The notes below the pieces were generated by a model. That model did no database searches, was not told where the DNA came from, and was given only the letters and a program-made list of their open reading frames with translations. Shown piece after piece: positions 23,801 to 36,544 of a stretch of 64,000 bases of DNA. Origin of the DNA: Eledone cirrhosa (taxonomy: Eukaryota); contig OZ024747.1 in assembly GCA_964016885.1 (NCBI GenBank), forward strand, positions 90,024,001 to 90,088,000, read 5' to 3'. Each line of letters begins with the position of its first letter. Position 1 is the stretch's first letter. The translations under genes and the position numbers were made by a program.

Positions 23801-26800
23801 TAAACTGGCTGTATCTGGCCAGAATTTTCTCACCTCTTTCTGTTTAAACCTGGCTGTATCTGGCCAGAATTCTCTCACCTCTTTCTGTTTAAATCTGGCT
23901 GTATCTGGCCAGAATTCTCTCCCCTCTTTCTGTTTAAACGAACTGTATCTGGCCAGAATTCTCTGACCTCTTTCTGTTTAAATCTGGCTGTATCTGGCCA
24001 GAATTCTCTCACCTCTTTCTGTTTAAACTGGCTGTATCTGGCCAGAATTCTCTCACCTCTTTTTGTTTAAACTGGCTGTATCTGGCCAGAATTCTCTCAC
24101 CTCTTTCTGTTTAAACCTGGCTGTATCTGGCCAGGATTCTCTCACCTCTTTCTGTTTAAATCTGGCTGTATCTGGCCAGAATTCTCTCACCTCTTTCTGT
24201 TTAAACTGGCTGTATCTGGCCAGAATTCTCTCACCTCTTTCTGTTCAAACTGGCTGTATCTGGCCAGAATTCTCTCACCTCTTTCTGTTTAAACCAACTG
24301 TATCTGGCCAGAATTCTCCACCTCTTTCTGTTTAAACTGGCTGTATCTGGCCAGAATTCTCTCACCTCTTTCTGTTTAAACTGGCTGTATCTGGCCAGAA
24401 TTCTCTCACCTCTTTCTGTTTAAACCTGGCTGTATCTGGCCAGAATTCTCTTACCTCTTTCTGTTTAAACCTGGCTGTATCTGGCCAGAATTCTCTCACC
24501 TCTTTCTGTTTAAACCTGGCTGTATCTGGCCAGAATTCTCTTACCTCTTTCTGTTTAATCCAACTGTATCCGTGGCCAGAATTCTCCACCTTTTTCTGTT
24601 TAAACTGGCTGTATCTAGCCAGAATTCTCTCACCTCTTTCTGTTTAAACTAGCTGTATCTGGCCAGAGTTCTCTCACCTCTTTCTGTTTAAACCTGGCTG
24701 TATCTGGCCAGAATTCTCTCACCTCTTTCTGTTCAAACTGGCTGTATCTGGCCAGAATTCTCTCACCTCTTTCTGTTTAAACCAACTGTATCTGGCCAGA
24801 ATTCTCTCACCTCTTTCTGTTCAAATTGGCTGTATCTGGCCAGAATCTCTCACTTCTTTCTATTTAAACCAACTGTATCTGGCCAGAATTTTCTCCACCT
24901 CTTTCTGTTCAAATTGGCTGTATCTGGCCAGAATCTCTCACCTCTTTCTATTTAAACCAACTGTATCTGGCCAGAATTTTCTCCACCTCTTTCTGTTTAA
25001 ACTGGCTGTATCTGGCCAGAATTCTCTCACCTCTTTCTGTTTAAACTGGCTGTATCTGGCCAGAATTCTCTCACCTCTTTCTGTTTAAACCTGGCTGTAT
25101 CTGGCCAGAATTCTCTTACCTCTTTCTGTTTAATCCAACTGTATCTGTGGCCAGAATTCTCCACCTTTTTCTGTTTAAACTGGCTGTATCTGGCCAGAAT
25201 TCTCTCACCTCTTTCTGTTTAAACCAGCTGTATCTGGCCAGAATTCTCTCACCTCTTTCTGTTTAAACCTGGCTGTATCTGGCCAGAATTCTCTCACATC
25301 TTTCTGTTTAAACTGGCTGTATCTGGCCAGAATTCTCTCACCTCTTTCTGTTTAAACCAACTGTATCTGGCCAGAATTCTCTCACCTCTTTCTGTTTAAA
25401 CTGGCTGTATCTGGCCAGAATTCTCTCACCTCTTTCTGTTCAAACTGGCTGTATCTGGCCAGAATTCTCTCACCTCTTTCTGTTTAAACCTGGCTGTATC
25501 TGGCCAGAATTCTCTTACCTCTTTCTGTTTAAACCAACTGTATCTGGCCAGAATTCTCTCACCTTTTTCTGTTTAAACTGGCTGTATCTGGCCAGAATTC
25601 TCTCACCTCTTTCTGTTCAAATTGGCTGTATCTGGCCAGAATCTCTCACCTCTTTCTATTTAAACCAACTGTATCTGGCCAGAATTTTCTCCACCTCTTT
25701 TTGTTTAAACTGGCTGTATCTGGCCAGAATTCTTTACCTCTTTCTGTTTAAACTGGCTGTATCTGGCCAGAATTCTCTCACATCTTTCTGTTCAAACTGG
25801 CTGTATCTGGCCAGAATTCTCTCACCTCTTTCTGTTTAAACCAACTGTATCTGGCCAGAATTCTCTCACATCTTTCTGTTTAAACTGGCTGTATCTGGCC
25901 AGAATTCTCTCACCTCTTTCTGTTCAAACTGGCTGTATCTGGCCAGAATTCTCTCACCTCTTTCTGTTTAAACCAGCTGTATCTGGCCAGAATTCTCTCA
26001 CATCTTTCTGTTCAAACTGGCTGTATCTGGCCAGAATTCTATCACCTCTTTCTGTTTAAACCAACTGTATCTGGCCAGAATTCTCTCACATATTTCTGTT
26101 TAAACTGGCTGTATCTGGCCAGAATTCTCTCACCTCTTTCTGTTTAAACTGGCTGTATCTGGCCAGAATTCTCTCACCTCTTTCTGTTTAAACCAACTGT
26201 ATCTGGCCAGAATTCTCTCACCTCTTTCTGTTTAAACCAACTGTATCTGGCCAGAATTCTCTCACTTCTGTCTGTTTGAAGCTGGCTGTATGTGGCCAGA
26301 ATTCTCTCACCTCTTTCTATTCAAACTGGCTGTATCTGGCCAGAATTCTCTCACCTCTTTCTGTTTAAACCAACAGTATCTGGCCAGAATTCTCTCACCT
26401 CTTTCTATTTAAACTGGCTGTATCTGGCCAGAATTTTCTCACCTCTTTCTGTTTAAACCTGGCTGTATCTGGCCAGAATTCTCTCACCTCTTTCTGTTTA
26501 AATCTGGCTGTATCTGGCCAGAATTCTCTCCCCTCTTTCTGTTTAAACGAACTGTATCTGGCCAGAATTCTCTGACCTCTTTCTGTTTAAATCTGGCTGT
26601 ATCTGGCCAGAATTCTCTCACCTCTTTCTGTTTAAACTGGCTGTATCTGGCCAGAATTCTCTCACCTCTTTCTGTTCAAACTGGCTGTATCTGGCCAGAA
26701 TTCTCTCACCTCTTTCTGTTTAAACCAACTGTATCTGGCCAGAATTCTCCACCTCTTTCTGTTTAAACTGGCTGTATCTGGCCAGAATTCTCTCACCTCT

Positions 26801-29800
26801 TTCTGTTTAAACTGGCTGTATCTGGCCAGAATTCTCTCACCTCTTTCTGTTTAAACCTGGCTGTATCTGGCCAGAATTCTCTTACCTCTTTCTGTTTAAA
26901 CCTGGCTGTATCTGGCCAGAATTCTCTCACCTCTTTCTGTTTAAACCTGGCTGTATCTGGCCAGAATTCTCTTACCTCTTTCTGTTTAATCCAACTGTAT
27001 CCGTGGCCAGAATTCTCCACCTTTTTCTGTTTAAACTGGCTGTATCTAGCCAGAATTCTCTCACCTCTTTCTGTTTAAACTAGCTGTATCTGGCCAGAGT
27101 TCTCTCACCTCTTTCTGTTTAAACCTGGCTGTATCTGGCCAGAATTCTCTCACCTCTTTCTGTTCAAACTGGCTGTATCTGGCCAGAATTCTCTCACCTC
27201 TTTCTGTTTAAACCAACTGTATCTGGCCAGAATTCTCTCACCTCTTTCTGTTCAAATTGGCTGTATCTGGCCAGAATCTCTCACTTCTTTCTATTTAAAC
27301 CAACTGTATCTGGCCAGAATTTTCTCCACCTCTTTCTGTTCAAATTGGCTGTATCTGGCCAGAATCTCTCACCTCTTTCTATTTAAACCAACTGTATCTG
27401 GCCAGAATTTTCTCCACCTCTTTCTGTTTAAACTGGCTGTATCTGGCCAGAATTCTCTCACCTCTTTCTGTTTAAACTGGCTGTATCTGGCCAGAATTCT
27501 CTCACCTCTTTCTGTTTAAACCTGGCTGTATCTGGCCAGAATTCTCTTACCTCTTTCTGTTTAATCCAACTGTATCTGTGGCCAGAATTCTCCACCTTTT
27601 TCTGTTTAAACTGGCTGTATCTGGCCAGAATTCTCTCACCTCTTTCTGTTTAAACCAGCTGTATCTGGCCAGAATTCTCTCACCTCTTTCTGTTTAAACC
27701 TGGCTGTATCTGGCCAGAATTCTCTCACATCTTTCTGTTTAAACTGGCTGTATCTGGCCAGAATTCTCTCACCTCTTTCTGTTTAAACCAACTGTATCTG
27801 GCCAGAATTCTCTCACCTCTTTCTGTTTAAACTGGCTGTATCTGGCCAGAATTCTCTCACCTCTTTCTGTTCAAACTGGCTGTATCTGGCCAGAATTCTC
27901 TCACCTCTTTCTGTTTAAACCTGGCTGTATCTGGCCAGAATTCTCTTACCTCTTTCTGTTTAAACCAACTGTATCTGGCCAGAATTCTCTTACCTTTTTC
28001 TGTTTAAACTGGCTGTATCTGGCCAGAATTCTCTCACCTCTTTCTGTTCAAATTGGCTGTATCTGGCCAGAATCTCTCACCTCTTTCTATTTAAACCAAC
28101 TGTATCTGGCCAGAATTTTCTCCACCTCTTTTTGTTTAAACTGGCTGTATCTGGCCAGAATTCTTTACCTCTTTCTGTTTAAACTGGCTGTATCTGGCCA
28201 GAATTCTCTCACATCTTTCTGTTCAAACTGGCTGTATCTGGCCAGAATTCTCTCACCTCTTTCTGTTTAAACCAACTGTATCTGGCCAGAATTCTCTCAC
28301 ATCTTTCTGTTTAAACTGGCTGTATCTGGCCAGAATTCTCTCACCTCTTTCTGTTCAAACTGGCTGTATCTGGCCAGAATTCTCTCACCTCTTTCTGTTT
28401 AAACCAGCTGTATCTGGCCAGAATTCTCTCACATCTTTCTGTTCAAACTGGCTGTATCTGGCCAGAATTCTATCACCTCTTTCTGTTTAAACCAACTGTA
28501 TCTGGCCAGAATTCTCTCACATATTTCTGTTTAAACTGGCTGTATCTGGCCAGAATTCTCTCACCTCTTTCTGTTTAAACTGGCTGTATCTGGCCAGAAT
28601 TCTCTCACCTCTTTCTGTTTAAACCAACTGTATCTGGCCAGAATTCTCTCACCTCTTTCTGTTTAAACCAACTGTATCTGGCCAGAATTCTCTCACTTCT
28701 GTCTGTTTGAAGCTGGCTGTATGTGGCCAGAATTCTCTCACCTCTTTCTATTCAAACTGGCTGTATCTGGCCAGAATTCTCTCACCTCTTTCTGTTTAAA
28801 CCAACAGTATCTGGCCAGAATTCTCTCACCTCTTTCTATTTAAACTGGCTGTATCTGGCCAGAATTTTCTCACCTCTTTCTGTTTAAACCTGGCTGTATC
28901 TGGCCAGAATTCTCTCACCTCTTTCTGTTTAAATCTGGCTGTATCTGGCCAGAATTCTCTCCCCTCTTTCTGTTTAAACGAACTGTATCTGGCCAGAATT
29001 CTCTGACCTCTTTCTGTTTAAATCTGGCTGTATCTGGCCAGAATTCTCTCACCTCTTTCTGTTTAAACTGGCTGTATCTGGCCAGAATTCTCTCACCTCT
29101 TTTTGTTTAAACTGGCTGTATCTGGCCAGAATTCTCTCACCTCTTTCTGTTTAAACCTGGCTGTATCTGGCCAGGATTCTCTCACCTCTTTCTGTTTAAA
29201 TCTGGCTGTATCTGGCCAGAATTCTCTCACCTCTTTCTGTTTAAACTGGCTGTATCTGGCCAGAATTCTCTCACCTCTTTCTGTTCAAACTGGCTGTATC
29301 TGGCCAGAATTCTCTCACCTCTTTCTGTTTAAACCAACTGTATCTGGCCAGAATTCTCCACCTCTTTCTGTTTAAACTGGCTGTATCTGGCCAGAATTCT
29401 CTCACCTCTTTCTGTTTAAACTGGCTGTATCTGGCCAGAATTCTCTCACCTCTTTCTGTTTAAACCTGGCTGTATCTGGCCAGAATTCTCTTACCTCTTT
29501 CTGTTTAATCCAACTGTATCCGTGGCCAGAATTCTCCACCTTTTTCTGTTTAAACTGGCTGTATCTAGCCAGAATTCTCTCACCTCTTTCTGTTTAAACT
29601 AGCTGTATCTGGCCAGAGTTCTCTCACCTCTTTCTGTTTAAACCTGGCTGTATCTGGCCAGAATTCTCTCACCTCTTTCTGTTCAAACTGGCTGTATCTG
29701 GCCAGAATTCTCTCACCTCTTTCTGTTTAAACCAACTGTATCTGGCCAGAATTCTCTCACCTCTTTCTGTTCAAATTGGCTGTATCTGGCCAGAATCTCT

Positions 29801-31381
29801 CACTTCTTTCTATTTAAACCAACTGTATCTGGCCAGAATTTTCTCCACCTCTTTCTGTTCAAATTGGCTGTATCTGGCCAGAATCTCTCACCTCTTTCTA
29901 TTTAAACCAACTGTATCTGGCCAGAATTTTCTCCACCTCTTTCTGTTTAAACTGGCTGTATCTGGCCAGAATTCTCTCACCTCTTTCTGTTTAAACTGGC
30001 TGTATCTGGCCAGAATTCTCTCACCTCTTTCTGTTTAAACCTGGCTGTATCTGGCCAGAATTCTCTTACCTCTTTCTGTTTAATCCAACTGTATCTGTGG
30101 CCAGAATTCTCCACCTTTTTCTGTTTAAACTGGCTGTATCTGGCCAGAATTCTCTCACCTCTTTCTGTTTAAACCAGCTGTATCTGGCCAGAATTCTCTC
30201 ACCTCTTTCTGTTTAAACCTGGCTGTATCTGGCCAGAATTCTCTCACATCTTTCTGTTTAAACTGGCTGTATCTGGCCAGAATTCTCTCACCTCTTTCTG
30301 TTTAAACCAACTGTATCTGGCCAGAATTCTCTCACCTCTTTCTGTTTAAACTGGCTGTATCTGGCCAGAATTCTCTCACCTCTTTCTGTTCAAACTGGCT
30401 GTATCTGGCCAGAATTCTCTCACCTCTTTCTGTTTAAACCTGGCTGTATCTGGCCAGAATTCTCTTACCTCTTTCTGTTTAAACCAACTGTATCTGGCCA
30501 GAATTCTCTCACCTTTTTCTGTTTAAACTGGCTGTATCTGGCCAGAATTCTCTCACCTCTTTCTGTTCAAATTGGCTGTATCTGGCCAGAATCTCTCACC
30601 TCTTTCTATTTAAACCAACTGTATCTGGCCAGAATTTTCTCCACCTCTTTTTGTTTAAACTGGCTGTATCTGGCCAGAATTCTTTACCTCTTTCTGTTTA
30701 AACTGGCTGTATCTGGCCAGAATTCTCTCACATCTTTCTGTTCAAACTGGCTGTATCTGGCCAGAATTCTCTCACCTCTTTCTGTTTAAACCAACTGTAT
30801 CTGGCCAGAATTCTCTCACATCTTTCTGTTTAAACTGGCTGTATCTGGCCAGAATTCTCTCACCTCTTTCTGTTCAAACTGGCTGTATCTGGCCAGAATT
30901 CTCTCACCTCTTTCTGTTTAAACCAGCTGTATCTGGCCAGAATTCTCTCACATCTTTCTGTTCAAACTGGCTGTATCTGGCCAGAATTCTATCACCTCTT
31001 TCTGTTTAAACCAACTGTATCTGGCCAGAATTCTCTCACATATTTCTGTTTAAACTGGCTGTATCTGGCCAGAATTCTCTCACCTCTTTCTGTTCAAACT
31101 GGCTGTATCTGGCCAGAATTCTCTCACCTCTTTCTGTTTAAACCAACTGTATCTGGCCAGAATTCTCTCACCTCTTTCTGTTCAAACTGGCTGTATCTGG
31201 CCAGAATTCTCTCCCCTCTTTCTGTTCAAACTGGCTTATCCAGCCACTCATACTGATGTTAAAGCATTGTTCTCAAAATAAATAATATGAAAATCTTATA
31301 GATTCAATATTATGTTAGGTAAAGCCCTTCACACGAAAATATAATAGTAAATATAGAGTAATGGAAATGCTAAAGGGTTAA
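17896..31381 (+). mobile_element. piggyBac-like MITE family A copy expanded to ~13.5 kb
   Basis: Left end TTAA-CCCTTTAGCATT at 17896. The normal MITE 3' portion is at 31235-31377 and ends AATGCTAAAGGG-TTAA (31378-31381). Confidence 0.9.
17911..31234 (+). repeat. 44/45-bp tandem satellite array, about 300 monomers, with higher-order repeats
   Basis: Consensus ctgtatctggccagaattctctcacctctttctgtttaaactgg. Rare variants recur at 662-, ~2100- and ~2400-2600-bp spacings. Confidence 0.97.
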
Positions 31382-31904
31382 GCATCTTAGTTCATAAAAT
31401 ATTTGTCTGAACATACAGTGGAAATTGTACTGTGACATAGTGAAGCTCTTTTGTTACCATAATTTTAAAATCCTTTTGAAAATCATCAAGAATTCTAAAG
31501 TATTGGGAATTATTGGTAAACCATTCTTCCAACCTGGGATATTTGAGACTTTGGGATGACCTGAGCTGCTGACAGAGGTTTTTGTCATCATTAGTGGCTT
31601 ACCTTTCTGAAGTGCCCTGTGATTCCCATGAGTGTGCTTGGTTGTTTCAACGCCTTAGCCACACCATCACTAATGCTGCAAGTGTATTGGCTTGCTACAA
31701 AAAGTTTCAAAGACCTTTGCGGTGTGTGACCAATTGACACACTTAGTGTTGAATTGATGACTTTTTAGTTTTTGCTTTGATTATATATTTTTGCGTATCA
31801 TATTTATAAGGTTCCCAGCAATAATTAATTGATTATATCTATGTATTTCTATCTGATATAAATATATTAAATTTAGTTAATTCTTTCAAGAATTTTGAAG
31901 CATT

Positions 31905-32098
31905 TAATAATTGTTTCTACTTTTGGCACAAGACCAGCAATTATCCCAGTACATTACTGGTACTTTATTTTATCCTTATGTAAGGAGGAAAGGCAAAATT
32001 AACCTCAGCAGGATTTGAACTCAGATCATAAAGGGCCGTAACTCTGTGCTGCTAAGCATGGTGTCAGACTCTCTACCGATACTGCCAATCCACCACCC
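31905..32098 (-). mobile_element. tRNA-derived Meta-domain-type SINE
   Basis: Diverged copy of the 59941-60130 family, in tandem with the next copy. Confidence 0.75.
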
Positions 32099-32101
32099 TT
32101 T

Positions 32102-32290
32102 TAATAATTGTTTCTACTTTAGGCACAAGGCCAGCAATTACCCAGTACATTACTGGTACTTTATTTTATCGACCCCGTAAGGATGAAAGGCAAAGTCAAC
32201 CTCGGCGGGATTTGAACTCAGATCGTAAAGGGACATAACTGTGCTGGAAAGCATGGCGTCCGACCCTCTACCGATACTGCCAATCCACCC
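32102..32290 (-). mobile_element. tRNA-derived Meta-domain-type SINE
   Basis: The minus strand has an A-box-like tggcagtatcggtag, B-box gagttcaaatcc and core gcctttcatccttacggggtcgataaa. Confidence 0.8.
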
Positions 32291-33052
32291 TTTTAATAAT
32301 GTAATTAGGTTTTCTATATGTTTAGAGCACAACTTAACAAAAGTTCTTGCATGAAATTGTGATTGAAGGTTTTAGATAATCCAGGGGCTATTTCAAGAGG
32401 TTTGTTACCCCCCAAAAAAGTTTCACTGTAATTTAAGAACCCAATAGCACCATGAGTTGGATGGTAGTTACAAGCACTCTTCACGGCTGTTGACAACACT
32501 CTAATAACGTTCAGAATTTTAACTGTTAATTCTCTCAATGAATGAACCACTTTCATGTCCACTGCTACTGCTACTGCTACTGCTACTGCTACTGCTGTTG
32601 ATACTAATACTAATAATGATCATTTCAGTGTAACCATTCTACCAATCCTTTTATTGAAGAGTTAAAGAAAAATAGCAGGTATAAAACATGTTAATGGTCA
32701 GGAATTTTCAAATAATTTGGCTGTAGATTCTTGGGTCTTCAAAGAGTTAAAGAGCCATATCTCTCCTAAATTTCTGTAATGGAGAGTAGTCTATTTCTGG
32801 AGTTTTATGCTTCACTAAATACATTTCAGGTTAAGTCGTCACCAGTTTCTGGACTGTGATCAAACCATACGTATCAAATAAAATAGATAAAAGAACTAAA
32901 GGAAATAAGTTTTGAAAGTAAAGCTGTAGTATTTAAGCTGAAGTCAGTGAAATGATAATTGCCAAAGTGAATAATTGTGTTCTATAAACTAATGCAGGCT
33001 ACAATGATGTTTAATATAGGTTCAATGTAAAATGGAATGATCTACAGATACT

Positions 33053-33530
33053 ACCCATGTATGTGTATGTGTATGTGTGTGTGTGTATGTGTGTGTGTGT
33101 GTGTGTATGTGTGTATATATGTGTGTGTGAAAGTGTGGATATATATGTGTGCGTGTGTGTACCTGTGTGGGCAGGTGTGTGTGTGTCTGTGGAGGAGAGG
33201 GAATTGTATCTCCTAATGCCCATGTATGTGTATGTGTATGTGTGTGTGAGTGTGTATATGTGTGTGTGTATGTGTATATGCATATGTGTGTGTATGAGTG
33301 TGTATGTGTGTGTGTGTGTGTGTATGTGTGTATGTGTGTGTGTGTCTGTGTCTGTGGAGGAGAGGAAATAGTATCTCCTGATACCCATGTATGTGTGTGA
33401 GTGTGTATGTGTATATGTACATATGCAAATGTGTATGTGCGTATGTGTATATGTGTGTGTGTATGTGTGTGTGTATGTGTATATGTGTGTATATGTGTCT
33501 GTGGATGAGAGGGAACAGTATCTCCTAAGG
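33053..33530. repeat. (GT)-rich microsatellite with a ~40-bp cassette repeated three times
   Basis: ctgtggaggagaggga..gtatctcct.at.cccatgtatg at ~33187, ~33352 and (partially) ~33498. Confidence 0.8.
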
Positions 33531-33805
33531 GATGATAACTATGTTGTTAGAAAGAGATGGTGGTAGTTTAGAAAAGTTTTGAGTGCTTAAATCTCCTCTC
33601 TTTTTTTATTTTCCTTACTATATATTTATGAGATAACATAGATTGGATAGTTGAGTAATTCACTAGGCTGTGTTATAACTAGTTATACCTTCTAACAACA
33701 GACTTTAACACTTTCCATGCCAAACTACCTGAAACCACCTCTGTCGTTAGAATGTCTCAGGAAAGAATCATTGGATTGAAAGGTCACAGCTCTGATACTA
33801 AGGAC

Positions 33806-34055
33806 TTGTCGTTAGAATGTCTCAGGAAAGAATCGCTGGGACAGATTTTACAGGCAAAACCAACCAGCAGGAGACCCAGGGGTAGACCCCGAGCAAGATA
33901 GTTGGATAACATCCATGAGCTTGGCTGGTTTCACTTGGAAATCCAGCCGGACCAGTTGGAGATGTTTGCTTCTGACAGGACCTACTGGAAGGAGTGTTTG
34001 AGGACTCTTCCCTAACGTCTCTCACAAGAAGAAGAAGAAGAAGAAGAAGAAGAAG
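33806..34055 (+). mobile_element. RTE LINE 3' fragment with (GAA)n tail
   Basis: Translates approximately VVRMSQERI...RRPRGRPRAR*LDNI...ASDRTYWKECL; a related piece is at ~47480-47590. Confidence 0.7.
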
Positions 34056-34489
34056 ATTTATTCAACAAATTTCCCAGCAGTCTATTCATAAGCCAGAGAA
34101 GGTCTAATAAAAAAGGAACATGTCCAGAGTTGTTATTTTGTTTTCCAAAATCAATTAATGTTTTTTTAAAAAGTTATCTCTCTTTCCTTTCGTGACAAAT
34201 AATTATCATTAAAATTAAATATTATAAACATAACTATAATTGATTAAAAATATTTTTAGGCTGTCTATGTAAATTATTCATTTAATTATCTTGACTGAGA
34301 TTTCAGTTTGACTATTAGAACAGAAATATTTTAGAAAAAAACAGAAATTTCAGAATCTACATTCCACAGAAAATAAATTGTGGGCCATGAAACATAATTG
34401 GCATCAGACTCAATCTCTAGCAAAAATACAAATTATATCTTATTTGTTATAATTTAGCATTTATGTTACTCTATTGCTTGGGATAAGTT

Positions 34490-35132
34490 ATTTTGGAACG
34501 CGGGCCGCCAACAGACCTAATTGTGGAAATACTGCATGCTTGGACAATATGTAAAGAAAATAAAGATTTTCCTCAATGAAGCAGGAAAAAAGATTTTCCT
34601 CAATGAAGCAGGAAAAATGCAGGTTTTCACCTAATTAGGGCCCTGGGGATCAAGAAAATGAATTTTTTTTTATGTGCATAATATGCCTTGAAATTTCGAG
34701 AAAATCGGCTAGACGTAACGCCTCAAAAAAGCCCTAAAAAGCTGAAAATAGGAAGTTTTCACCTAATGCGGACCCTAGGCCATAAAAAAGTTGAATTTTC
34801 TTTGCTCACGGCACGAAGAAGAGACTGACTAATACATAGTTACAATTTCAAGGAAATCGGTCTGACGTAACGCCTCAAAATACCCCTAAAAAGTTGAAAA
34901 GACGCAGTTTTACATCTAATGCGGGCCCTAGGCGATCAAAAAGTTGAATTTTTTATGTGCATAACACTCCCTGAAACATAAGTAATACACATATAAAGTT
35001 TGAAAAAAATCGCTAGGGTACATCTCGGGTTTCACACACACACACACACGCACACATACACACATACACACATACACACATACATACATACATACATCCT
35101 TCCTCAGTTTTATATATATACATATATAGATT
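34490..35132 (-). mobile_element. Probable Helitron/Helentron-type non-autonomous element with ~150-bp internal subrepeats
   Basis: The minus strand begins atctatata...aaaactg followed by (GT/GTAT)n. The block ttttcacctaat.gggccct.gg...gaatttt recurs at ~34624, ~34756 and ~34908. Confidence 0.4.
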
Positions 35133-35379
35133 AAAATAACATTAAAGTTTAAGCAAAGAATCGTTGCTTTCATCCTTAACGGAATCTTCTGAAACTAAAA
35201 ACATCAATCTGTGAACGCAGATGTAAATATTTCGAAAAACGTTGCAACCGAAGGAAAACAGGAAGACGATACTTTGGTTCGTGATGACGTTCCCTGGCAA
35301 TGAACGGCAAATAGCGAACATAATACGTCATCAATGTTCGTCAGAATGTCGTAATGCAGATAGCCAGGCATACAGACAG

Positions 35380-35596
35380 ATATTATAAGAGCGCAACAGA
35401 GATGGATAACCGGCGCCTAACACCCCTTTAGCAACAGAAAATTGAAAAATAAAAGCTGCAGTTAATATCTTTAGACTGCAAGGAATATATAAAAGCAAGT
35501 TTGAAGTCAATCGGAATAGAAATGTGGATTTGTATAGACTTTACAAAAATGAGGGGAGACACACACACAGACAACAACAGTTTTATATATAGAGAT
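35380..35596 (-). mobile_element. Probable Helitron/Helentron-type non-autonomous fragment
   Basis: Minus-strand start atctctatatataaaactg + (GT)n, similar to the previous element. Confidence 0.35.
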
Positions 35597-36192
35597 TATA
35601 TTTTCATGGTAAAGGATTTATCTTGCATAATTATCTTGCATAATATCGAATCTATGAGATTTTGATATTATTTATTTTGAGAACAATACCTTAACATAAG
35701 TATGCATGGTCAGCTACAGCCAATTTGAACTGAAAGAGGTGAGAGAATTCTGGGCGGATATGGCTGGTTTTACACTTTAACATTTACATTACTCTATATA
35801 TATTATTGTTTTCACAGTAAAAGCTTAACTTCACATAATATTGAATCTATGACATTTTGATAATATTTATTTTGGGAACAATACCTTAATATCAGTATGA
35901 GTGGCCAGCTACAGCCAGTTTGAACAGAAAGAGGTGAGAGAATTCTGGCCAGATAGAACCGGTTTAACCCTTTAGCATTTACATTAGCCTATATATACTA
36001 TTATATTTTTGTAGTAAAGGCTTTACCTCACATAATTATCAGACATAATATCGAATCTATAAAATTTTGATATTATTTATTTTGAGAACAATACCATAAC
36101 ATAAATATGAGGAGCCAGTTACACTCAGTTTGAACAGAAAGAGGTGAGAGAATTCTGGCCAAATATGGCTGGTTTAAATGCTTAAGAGTTAA
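35597..36192 (-). mobile_element. Three adjacent piggyBac-like MITE family A copies (two truncated, one complete at 35964-36192)
   Basis: gaaagaggtgagagaattctgg recurs at ~35732, ~35927 and ~36137; TTAA-CCCTTTAGCATT at 35964. Confidence 0.8.
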
Positions 36193-36544
36193 GATAATCA
36201 AAGATATTATTTCTGACTCCACTTTCTAGAAATATTCCATCACTTATTCCTTTTCTACTGCAAAACATCATGGAAGGCATTACATTTCAATACCAACGAA
36301 AATTTGACATTATCTATGTTCTGAGAATATAGAATGTGCTTATTGGTTATTATCTGACTAACCATTCAAGTAGTTATTTCCTATCTGACAGAAAAAAAAA
36401 AGTATTATTTCTACAAGGTTTCTTACTATTTCTGTGGTACAAGGTTTCTTACTATTTCTGTGGTAGAAAATACAACTTACTTATCTTAGATGGACCTGTT
36501 GTTCTTCATTTCTATATTTACCTTAAGGGATTGTCTTGTTATTT

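Noticed and set aside
17966-29375. ORFs with LAVSGQNSLTSFCLN / QKEVREFWPDTARFK repeats
   Set aside because: These are chance frames over runs of 45-bp monomers and are broken by every 44-bp monomer.
17911-31234. CRISPR-like repeat-spacer array
   Set aside because: There are no unique spacers; only 4-5 nt vary among a few recurring variants. There are no cas genes, the context is eukaryotic, and the unit derives from a MITE.
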